Shown here: positions 29,512 to 36,193 of the stretch, piece after piece
How the letters are laid out: the number at the start of each line of letters is the position of its first letter
Position numbering within the stretch: the stretch's first letter is position 1
IMG/VR virus record: IMGVR_UViG_3300045988_064948
Length of the DNA stretch: 36,193 nucleotides
Origin: a virus
Reading direction: 5' to 3' (one strand)
Position numbers and translations under genes: made by a program
The notes under the pieces: model-generated
The model's database searches: none
Seen by the model: only the letters and a program-made list of their open reading frames with translations
What the model was told of the DNA's origin: nothing

Positions 29512-29886
29512 ATGCATGAAACAAGAGATGCAGCACGGGAGCTGCGAATGCAAGGCTTAACCTTTGCAGAAATAGGCAAAAGGCTTGGAGTGTCAAAGCA
29601 GAGAATCGCGCAGTGTTGCGCAGGAATGAATCCCGAACAGACAGCTTGGGCTTGTCACAAGGAAGACCTTGACTGCATAATTTATGTGGGTTTAAAAAAG
29701 TGGATGCTTGAAAACAGAGTATCAGTGCCCGAAATGATGCGCAGAATAGGCTTAGACACTGGGAGCAGCCGGTCTGAACACTTTAAAAACAGGCTAAAAG
29801 GCAAAACGCAATTATCGATAACCGAGATAAAAAAAATACTCGCCGTAACTGGCGGAACATTCGAGCAGATGTTCACAACCGATTGA
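29512..29886 (+). CDS. HTH regulator (sigma region 4 / LuxR-like HTH at the N-terminus)
   Basis: ELRMQGLTFAEIGKRLGVSKQRIAQ. GGAGG RBS upstream of the ATG at 29512. It directly precedes the promoter of the methylase/terminase operon. Confidence 0.55.
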   Translation: MHETRDAARELRMQGLTFAEIGKRLGVSKQRIAQCCAGMNPEQTAWACHKEDLDCIIYVGLKKWMLENRVSVPEMMRRIGLDTGSSRSEHFKNRLKGKTQLSITEIKKILAVTGGTFEQMFTTD

Positions 29887-29911
29887 TTTTTATTGCTGGT
29901 TATGATATAAT
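29883..29911 (+). promoter_or_regulatory. Promoter (TTGATT, 17-nt spacer, TGaTATAAT), same class as 13157
   Basis: TTGATT at 29883-29888 and TATAAT at 29906-29911, preceded by TG. Confidence 0.6.
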
Positions 29912-29929
29912 ATTAAGCGGAGGGATATT

Positions 29930-31063
29930 ATGCAGATAATACAGAAAAAGCTTTCGGACATTGTGCCGTATGCAAACAACACAAAGAAGCACGATGAAAC
30001 ACAGATTAAAAATGTCGCGGAAAGCATCAAAAAATACGGCTGGGTTCAGCCGCTTGTCATAGACGATGACGGCACAATCGTTATAGGTCACTGTCGCGCT
30101 CTTGCCGCCAAAAAGCTGGGAATAGAAGAAGTGCCATGCGTGGTGGTTAGCGACCTGACAGAAGAAGAAATAAACGCGCTGAGAATCGTCGACAACAAGA
30201 CAAACGAAAGCCCGTGGGACTTTGACCTGTTGAGCGCGGAACTGCCCGAAATCGATTTAAGCGATTTTGAGTTTGATTTTGGCATTGAGGACGAGGAAGA
30301 AGAAACCGAGATTGTGGAAGATGAAGCACCCAAAGTTGACGAAGATGCAGAGCCGATTTCAAAGCTGGGCGATATTTGGAAGTTAGGCAGACACAGGCTG
30401 ATGTGCGGAAATTCTCTTGCACAGGCGGATATTGATAATTTGCTTGGTGGGGCTAAATGCGAATTGACATTTACCGATCCTCCGTATCAGTTGGAAACAC
30501 AGGGTGGTGGAATACTCAAAAAGGCAAACAGCATGAAACAAATCAAGCAAAATGGAGTTGATACATTTGACCCGTCCATGCTTATCCTTCAAAGCAAAAC
30601 AAATATTTATTGCCATAACAAGCCTTTAATCAAGAAATACATCGAACTTGCAGAAACAAACAATCAGCCCTATGATTTGTGTTTTTACAAGAAACTTTGC
30701 ACCGTTCCTAATTACAAAGGGCACATGATGACAGACTGCGAATATATTGCAATCATTGGGAAACAAGACCCAAACAAGGGATTGCCGAAAGAAACATACT
30801 CAAAGTGTTATATTGGCAAGAAAGACAATGATAACGAGTTGAGTTATTCAAAGCCCGTGGAACTATGTGCAAAGTATATTCAGCTTTATGGGAAAAACAA
30901 CATTTTGGATTTGTTCGGAGGTAGCGGGTCAACCCTTATCGCTTGTGAACAGTTAGGTCGCACTTGCTATATGATGGAACTTGACCCAAAGTATTGCGAT
31001 GTCATTATTAAGCGGTGGGAAAACTTAACGGGAGAAAAGGCGGTGCTGTTGAATGACGATTGA
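29930..31063 (+). CDS. ParB-like nuclease domain fused to a DNA methyltransferase (beta-class N4/N6)
   Basis: N-terminus ...YGWVQPLVIDDDGTIVIGHCRALAAKKLG. Methylase motif IV TDPPY precedes motif I LDLFGGSGST. Confidence 0.85.
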   Translation: MQIIQKKLSDIVPYANNTKKHDETQIKNVAESIKKYGWVQPLVIDDDGTIVIGHCRALAAKKLGIEEVPCVVVSDLTEEEINALRIVDNKTNESPWDFDLLSAELPEIDLSDFEFDFGIEDEEEETEIVEDEAPKVDEDAEPISKLGDIWKLGRHRLMCGNSLAQADIDNLLGGAKCELTFTDPPYQLETQGGGILKKANSMKQIKQNGVDTFDPSMLILQSKTNIYCHNKPLIKKYIELAETNNQPYDLCFYKKLCTVPNYKGHMMTDCEYIAIIGKQDPNKGLPKETYSKCYIGKKDNDNELSYSKPVELCAKYIQLYGKNNILDLFGGSGSTLIACEQLGRTCYMMELDPKYCDVIIKRWENLTGEKAVLLNDD

Positions 31064-31172
31064 AGAAGCAAAAGCGGCTATAGCAAAGACTAAAAGCCCA
31101 TACCTGAAAAGAGACCTTGAAAAATTCATTGCGCGACAAGAAAAGAAAAGCAAAAGGAGAGCAAATGCTTAG
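31053..31172 (+). CDS. Possible 39-aa basic protein
   Basis: The ATG overlaps the methylase 3' end. MTIEEAKAAIAKTKSPYLKRDLEKFIARQEKKSKRRANA. No clear RBS. Confidence 0.25.
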   Translation: MTIEEAKAAIAKTKSPYLKRDLEKFIARQEKKSKRRANA

Positions 31173-31228
31173 AAGAATAGCAAAGACACTTGAAATATGT
31201 GCTAAAATAAGCCTTGCGAGGTGATAAC

Positions 31229-31564
31229 ATGGCAAAGAAGATGCCTGAGGGCAGACCGTTTACAACGGAAACGGCTAAAGAGTACGGACACAACGGTGGT
31301 AAAGCGTCAGGGGAAGCGAAACGCAAAAAGAAGCTTTTAAAGGACTGCCTTAATGAGCTTTTGGCAAGCGAAATAACCGACAAGCACGGAGTGACGAGAA
31401 CGGGAAGCGAAGCCGCCGCTGTTGTACTGTGGAGCAAGTTTATGAAAACGGGAGACCCGCGAATTTTTGAAGTGATACGCGACACGGCAGGCGAAAAGCC
31501 CGTTGATAAAGTGGAGCAAGTCACAGAGATAAAAGTGGACTGGGAAGATGAAAATAACGATTAA
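31229..31564 (+). CDS. Putative terminase small subunit
   Basis: 111-aa basic protein immediately upstream of and overlapping TerL. ...GGKASGEAKRKKK...GDPRIFEVIRDTAGEKP. Confidence 0.5.
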   Translation: MAKKMPEGRPFTTETAKEYGHNGGKASGEAKRKKKLLKDCLNELLASEITDKHGVTRTGSEAAAVVLWSKFMKTGDPRIFEVIRDTAGEKPVDKVEQVTEIKVDWEDENND

Positions 31565-32774
31565 CAAAAAAGGAATATTGCCGTGCTATTTGCCGTACAT
31601 GAGAGACTATGAGACGCGAGTCAATGCCTTTTACGGCGGCGCAGGTTCAGGCAAGTCCTATTTTGTTATGCAAAAAATCGTCTTAAAAGCGTTAGACAGT
31701 CAAAGAAAAGTTTTGATTGTGCGAAAAGTCGGAGCGACGCTAAAGGAAAGCGTATGGTCGTTGACGCTGGAGCTCATACACACAGGCGGACTCGCTCCGA
31801 CAGTCAAGCAAATCAACAAATCAGATTTAACGATAGAGTTCTTAAACGGCAGCGTCCTACTGTTCAAAGGCTTGGACGACAGCGAAAAAATCAAATCTAT
31901 CAACGGCATAACAGATATAGTGATAGAAGAAGCAACAGAAATAACGCTTGACGATTTCACGCAGTTGAACCTCCGCTTGAGGTCAAAAAAGCCGAACAAT
32001 CAGATCCACCTGATGTTCAATCCTGTTTCAAAGGCTAACTGGGTGTACAAGTATTTTTTTGAAACAAAGGCCGACAACTGCGTGATAGTGCAAACGACAT
32101 ACCGAGACAACCCGCACCTGCCTAAAGAATATGTTAATTCGCTTCACGCGCTGGAAAACAAAAACCCTGCCTATTATAAAATATATGTGCGCGGAGAGTT
32201 TGCGACGCTTGATAAATTGGTATTCCCAGTTATTCATAAACGCATAATAAGTGAGGACGAACTTACAGATGCGTGGTTCTGGGTCGGAATGGACTTTGGA
32301 TATACAAACGACCCTACAGCAATCACATGGGGCTATTACAATCCTGTTCAAAATGACTTGTATATTACCGGCGAATATGATAAAATAGGAATGACAAATG
32401 ATGTTATCGCGGAAACGCTTGTATCGTTAGGATTGGGCAAAGAAAAGATTGTTGCAGATAGCGCAGAGCCGAAGTCGATAACAGAGTTGAGAAACCTTGG
32501 AATAAAAAGAATCATAGCCAGTGTAAAAGGCGCGGACAGCGTAAAGAACGGAATCGACAGGATGCAAAGGTGCAACATCATCATTGACGAACGCTGCACG
32601 AAGACGATAGAAGAGTTTGAAAATTACACTTGGCAAAAAGACAAAAAGACGGGCGAATACATTAATCAGCCTGTTGATAGTTACAATCACCATATCGACT
32701 CAATAAGATATGGCATACAAACGGTAATAAACAAGAAGCGCGGAAAAACCGCCGAATATCAATCAATATTGTGA
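31548..32774 (+). CDS. terL: Terminase large subunit (PBSX/Terminase_3 family)
   Basis: Walker A YGGAGSGKSYF, Walker B-like DIVIEEATE and a C-terminal nuclease region ...VDSYNHHIDSIRYG. Confidence 0.9.
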   Translation: MKITINKKGILPCYLPYMRDYETRVNAFYGGAGSGKSYFVMQKIVLKALDSQRKVLIVRKVGATLKESVWSLTLELIHTGGLAPTVKQINKSDLTIEFLNGSVLLFKGLDDSEKIKSINGITDIVIEEATEITLDDFTQLNLRLRSKKPNNQIHLMFNPVSKANWVYKYFFETKADNCVIVQTTYRDNPHLPKEYVNSLHALENKNPAYYKIYVRGEFATLDKLVFPVIHKRIISEDELTDAWFWVGMDFGYTNDPTAITWGYYNPVQNDLYITGEYDKIGMTNDVIAETLVSLGLGKEKIVADSAEPKSITELRNLGIKRIIASVKGADSVKNGIDRMQRCNIIIDERCTKTIEEFENYTWQKDKKTGEYINQPVDSYNHHIDSIRYGIQTVINKKRGKTAEYQSIL

Positions 32775-32783
32775 GGTAGAAAT

Positions 32784-33101
32784 ATGACAGGGTTAGAGCT
32801 GATAGAGCGTGCAAGAGATATGCGCGACAAAAACATACGGTACGAAAGTGAAATAGCAGACCTTGAAAAAATCGTTGAAAGGCTGGACGCCGAAAAGACT
32901 GAATTGAAAGAGACCAAAGCAGACCTTGAAGACGATAACAGACACCTCACAGAGCGCGCCAAACTGTTGGAACACAAGAGAAACGAACTGCTTGACGAGC
33001 TAAAGAAAGTCGGCAACACCGGGGAACGCGATTTTATGGCGGGTCAGCTTATAGCATATCGTCAGGTGCTTAGAATGATTTTAAACCGTGGCAAGGAGTG
33101 A
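32784..33101 (+). CDS. Coiled-coil protein, function unknown
   Basis: 105 aa, heptad-rich. GAGGT RBS. Confidence 0.55.
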   Translation: MTGLELIERARDMRDKNIRYESEIADLEKIVERLDAEKTELKETKADLEDDNRHLTERAKLLEHKRNELLDELKKVGNTGERDFMAGQLIAYRQVLRMILNRGKE

Positions 33102-33107
33102 TTTAAT

Positions 33108-34460
33108 ATTAAAACTTATCAGGATTTAGTGGAAGTCGGAAGCAACGAGAACGCGCGAATCTCTTTTGTGCTGGACGCGATAAACGAGCACAAAGGAAGC
33201 AAGGCTTACAGAATCGCGCTCGATGCAGACGCATACTGGCGTGGCGAAAATCCGACCATAATGAAGTATGAAAAAATCATCTATGATATGCAGGGCAAAG
33301 CCCATATCGACAGGTGGACGGCAAATCATAAGATAGCAACTAACTTTTTTTACTTTGCGGTAACGCAGGAAAATCAGTTCCTGCTGTCTAACGGCACTAA
33401 CTTCGGCAAAGAAGACACAAAAGAAAAGCTCGGCAAAAACTTCGACACACAGTTGCAAAAATTGGGTATATATGCCCTCTGCGGCGGCGTGTCTTTCGGC
33501 TTTTTTAACCTCGACCATATTGACGCTTTTTCTTTGCTTGAATTCGTCCCGCTCTACGATGAGGAAAACGGTGCACTAATGGCTGGCATAAGATTTTGGC
33601 AGATAGCAGATGACAAACCGCTCAGAGCGACGCTCTATGAGCTGGACGGCTATACGGACTATATCAAAGACACGACAGCAAGAGTGCTAAACCCGAAAAG
33701 ACCGTACAAGATACAGATAGCCCATACAGAAGCGGATGGCGACTATATCTATGACGGCGAGAATTACCCCGAGTTTCCCATTGTGCCGATGTGGGCAAAC
33801 GATAAAAAGCAATCAGAGCTCGTCGGCAGACGCGGAACACTGGACGCTTTCGACCTGCTAAATTCTAACCTTGTTAACAATGTCGAGGACGCGAACTTGA
33901 TATACTGGGTTTTGACAAACTGTAACGGCATGGACGAGATAGACGACGCAAAATTTATAGAGCAGATTAAGTCGAGCCATATCGTACACGCAGACGGCGA
34001 CGCAGGAGCAAAGGCAGAGGCACACAGCGTAGAAGTACCCGTAAGCGCGTCGGAGTTGTCAATCGAGACAATACACGACAGACTTTATCAAGACTTTATG
34101 TGCTTTAATCCTGCTTCGCTTTCGGGCGGCAATAAGACCGCAACGGAAATTAACGCGGCTTATGAGACGCTCAACAACAAAGTGGACGCTTACGAGTATT
34201 GTGTCAACGAGTTTGTTATGGCAATACTCAAAATTGCGGGAATTGAAGACGAAGTGTCTTTCACCCGCTCTCAGCAGTCGAACAAAAACGAGCAAATGGA
34301 AATGCTTTTGTCCGCCGCTGAATATCTTGACGATGACACGATAACAGAACAGGTCTGCAATATTCTTGGGCTTGGCGATAGGGTTGACGAGATAATCGCG
34401 AACAAGCGCACAGAAGAAGTGAGCCGAGTTGAACCGCTGGAGGTGATAGACAATGATTAA
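33108..34460 (+). CDS. Portal protein (SPP1 gp6-like)
   Basis: ~445 aa directly after TerL and the coiled-coil gene. The start is ambiguous: GTG at 33129 has poor SD spacing, whereas ATT at 33108 lies 9 nt after AAGGAG. Confidence 0.8.
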   Translation: MKTYQDLVEVGSNENARISFVLDAINEHKGSKAYRIALDADAYWRGENPTIMKYEKIIYDMQGKAHIDRWTANHKIATNFFYFAVTQENQFLLSNGTNFGKEDTKEKLGKNFDTQLQKLGIYALCGGVSFGFFNLDHIDAFSLLEFVPLYDEENGALMAGIRFWQIADDKPLRATLYELDGYTDYIKDTTARVLNPKRPYKIQIAHTEADGDYIYDGENYPEFPIVPMWANDKKQSELVGRRGTLDAFDLLNSNLVNNVEDANLIYWVLTNCNGMDEIDDAKFIEQIKSSHIVHADGDAGAKAEAHSVEVPVSASELSIETIHDRLYQDFMCFNPASLSGGNKTATEINAAYETLNNKVDAYEYCVNEFVMAILKIAGIEDEVSFTRSQQSNKNEQMEMLLSAAEYLDDDTITEQVCNILGLGDRVDEIIANKRTEEVSRVEPLEVIDND

Positions 34461-35139
34461 ACTTGCAGACGGTAGAGGGCATTTGTATCAGTGGGACACA
34501 GGCAGACAGGTTGAGTGTGACGCTGAACAGGTGCATTTTTCCAATCACCACTACGGCACGAGCATAGACGCGGATGTCAAAGACGGCAAGGCAATGATAC
34601 CAAATCAGCTGTTGACAAGCGCAATTCCGTTAAAGGCGTGGGCTTGGGTTAAAGACAGCAGCGGCGAATACACCAAAGAAGAACAGATATTTTTAGTTGC
34701 CAAAAGAAACAAGCCCTCCGATTATGTGTACACGCCTACGGAAATAAAGACTTGGCAGGACTTACAGAATCAGATAGGCGATTTAAGCAATCTTAAAACT
34801 GCGCACAAAGACAATCTTGTCAACGCAATAAATGACGCGGCAGGAAGTGGAGGCGGCGGAGCGTCAACCGCCGAAGACGTCAGCTATACCAACGTCGCAC
34901 TGCCAAACATATCGACGGTCGGTGGCGCACTCGACGAGCTTGTCCCCAAATCTCACACCCACACCAACAAAGACACGCTTGACAAGCTCTCCGACTCGAA
35001 CGGCAAACTCCAATATAACGGCTCTGATGTCGGCTTAAAGCCGGTCAAAGGTACTGACTACTGGACGGAGGCGGACAAGGCAGAGATAGTCGCGGACACA
35101 CTCGCCGCCCTGCCAAAATGGACGGGAGGTAGTTATTAA
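34453..35139 (+). CDS. Tail fibre-like protein
   Basis: The motifs DNLVNAINDA and SHTHTNKDTLDKLS recur in Firmicutes phage fibres (from memory). A Gly-rich linker is present. Confidence 0.5.
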   Translation: MIKLADGRGHLYQWDTGRQVECDAEQVHFSNHHYGTSIDADVKDGKAMIPNQLLTSAIPLKAWAWVKDSSGEYTKEEQIFLVAKRNKPSDYVYTPTEIKTWQDLQNQIGDLSNLKTAHKDNLVNAINDAAGSGGGGASTAEDVSYTNVALPNISTVGGALDELVPKSHTHTNKDTLDKLSDSNGKLQYNGSDVGLKPVKGTDYWTEADKAEIVADTLAALPKWTGGSY

Positions 35140-35912
35140 TGGCAAACGATAGAGTAGTTGACTCCGCCGTACTTGATGCCGCTATGACCTACACCGCTAA
35201 CCGGATTCGCAACAAGACAGGTGGCACAGACCTGATTGCATGGGACTCCGCTAAAGGTTTTGGCGACGCGGTTGACGCTATAGCTGGTTCAGACGAGGAT
35301 GCAATAATCCAGCGCACCATATCGGGCACATATTCAAATGACCGTATAACGACGGTCGGAGCGTGCGCATTTTTAGGATGTCAGGCTCTTGCAACGATTG
35401 ATTTGCCGAATGTTACTCAAGTTAAACGAAACGCTTTTGAGTCGTGCAATCGCTTACAGACAATAAATCTTCCTAAGGTCACCGAGTTTGACAAAGAGGT
35501 TTTTTTAAACACTTCAATACAACAAGCTGATTTCCCTTTAGTGACAACAATCGGAAACGGGTGTTTTTACATGGCGGCATCTCTGACATCTGCAAACCTA
35601 CCTCTTATTACGGATTTACCCGCTGATACCTTTCGCCTCTCGGCAATTCAAACAGCCGGTTTTTCGGCGGTAACAAATATAAACCGAACGGCGTTTACCG
35701 ACTGTACATCCCTTGAAACGCTCATTATCCGCACTCCGTCTGTTTGTGTGATTTCCGACATTTCGATTGCGTTGCGTGGAAGCAAGATAGCAGCGGGCAC
35801 GGGGTATATTTATGTGCCGGACAACCTTGTTGACAGCTACAAGGCAGCAACAAACTGGGTTACCCTTGCAAATCAAATCAAGCCGATTTCGGCGTTGGAG
35901 GCGAGCACATGA
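35139..35912 (+). CDS. BspA-type leucine-rich repeat protein (putative receptor-binding/adhesion protein)
   Basis: Repeated ~23-aa units: GACAFLGCQALATIDLPNVTQVKRNAFESCNRLQTINLPKVTEF...IGNGCFYMAASLTSANLPLITDL...INRTAFTDCTSLETLIIRT. Confidence 0.7.
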   Translation: MANDRVVDSAVLDAAMTYTANRIRNKTGGTDLIAWDSAKGFGDAVDAIAGSDEDAIIQRTISGTYSNDRITTVGACAFLGCQALATIDLPNVTQVKRNAFESCNRLQTINLPKVTEFDKEVFLNTSIQQADFPLVTTIGNGCFYMAASLTSANLPLITDLPADTFRLSAIQTAGFSAVTNINRTAFTDCTSLETLIIRTPSVCVISDISIALRGSKIAAGTGYIYVPDNLVDSYKAATNWVTLANQIKPISALEAST

Positions 35913-36115
35913 TAAAAACAGAGACGCGTGCAGACGGGCTTATCCGCACATATAGCGACGCGGGTAAGATGATTCAAAAGGTCGGCACGGATGAATTTTA
36001 CGATGTAGCTATCGACCTCGCCTCAGCGAGGTATAGCTACACAGAAACCGACATTGACAGCGAAATATCCGATTCCGAGGCGCTGGATATCATCACAGGG
36101 GGTGCGGATATATGA
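35909..36115 (+). CDS. Small hypothetical protein (68 aa) in the fibre cassette
   Basis: ATGA-coupled at both ends. GGAGG RBS. Confidence 0.5.
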   Translation: MIKTETRADGLIRTYSDAGKMIQKVGTDEFYDVAIDLASARYSYTETDIDSEISDSEALDIITGGADI

Positions 36116-36193
36116 CGAGGACGCAGGCGAAACGCTTCCGCGAGATGATAACAAGAGCCGCCGCGAAGCTGACGAACGCCGAAGCTCTGACAA
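36112..36193 (+). CDS. 5' part of the CBM5/12-like tail-associated protein (continues at nt 56 of the circular map)
   Basis: The ATG at 36112 overlaps the upstream stop. It reads MTRTQAKRFREMITRAAAKL..., in frame with 7..399. Confidence 0.6.
   Translation, partial: MTRTQAKRFREMITRAAAKLTNAEALT
36139..36193. repeat. Second copy of the 55-nt terminal repeat
   Basis: Exact match to 1..55. Confidence 0.95.

Noticed and set aside
1-36193. tRNA genes, a CRISPR array, a diversity-generating retroelement or an integrase attachment site
   Set aside because: Reading both strands revealed no cloverleaf-like sequences, repeat-spacer arrays, reverse transcriptase motifs or recombinase genes. Absence by eye is not proof, and tRNAscan/Infernal should confirm it.

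Overview
The window is a complete, circularly closed dsDNA phage genome of about 36.1 kb. The first 55 nt are repeated exactly at the end, so unique length is 36,138 bp. Gene content and signals point to a siphovirus-like phage of a Firmicutes/Clostridia-type host: GGAGG ribosome-binding sites, sigma-A-type TTGACA/TATAAT promoters, PBSX-type terminase, Amidase_3 lysin and an XhlA-like protein. Nearly everything is on the + strand. The order is MuF-like head protein, scaffold, major capsid, connectors, major tail protein, G/GT chaperone, tape measure, Dit and Tal (1.8-13.2 kb). Then come small membrane proteins, a phosphoesterase and a sigma-like regulator (13.3-15.0 kb), and a dense non-coding control region (15.0-15.4 kb). 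A six-gene island on the - strand follows (15.5-18.0 kb). Next is an early recombination/replication module (18.1-24.0 kb): RHH protein, Sak3-like annealing protein, SSB, two replisome organizers, DnaC-like loader and dUTPase. After it lies a 3.6-kb array of paralogous zinc-ribbon/YopX genes (24.4-28.0 kb). The remainder encodes radical SAM, RusA, ParB-methyltransferase, TerS/TerL and portal, then a fibre/LRR/CBM/endolysin/holin cassette that wraps across the coordinate origin. No integrase, CI-like repressor, tRNA or CRISPR array was recognised. The most notable observations are: a tape measure gene split by two group I introns around a 22-nt mini-exon; a canonical T_TTT_TTT frameshift site; three tandem covarying hairpins in a promoter-proximal leader; promoter-plus-terminator units that look like sRNAs or attenuators; an iteron/AT-rich origin inside a replisome organizer gene; the paralogue array with a shared 25-nt junction cassette; and the antisense island of unknown function. 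All functional calls rest on motif recognition by eye and need database confirmation.
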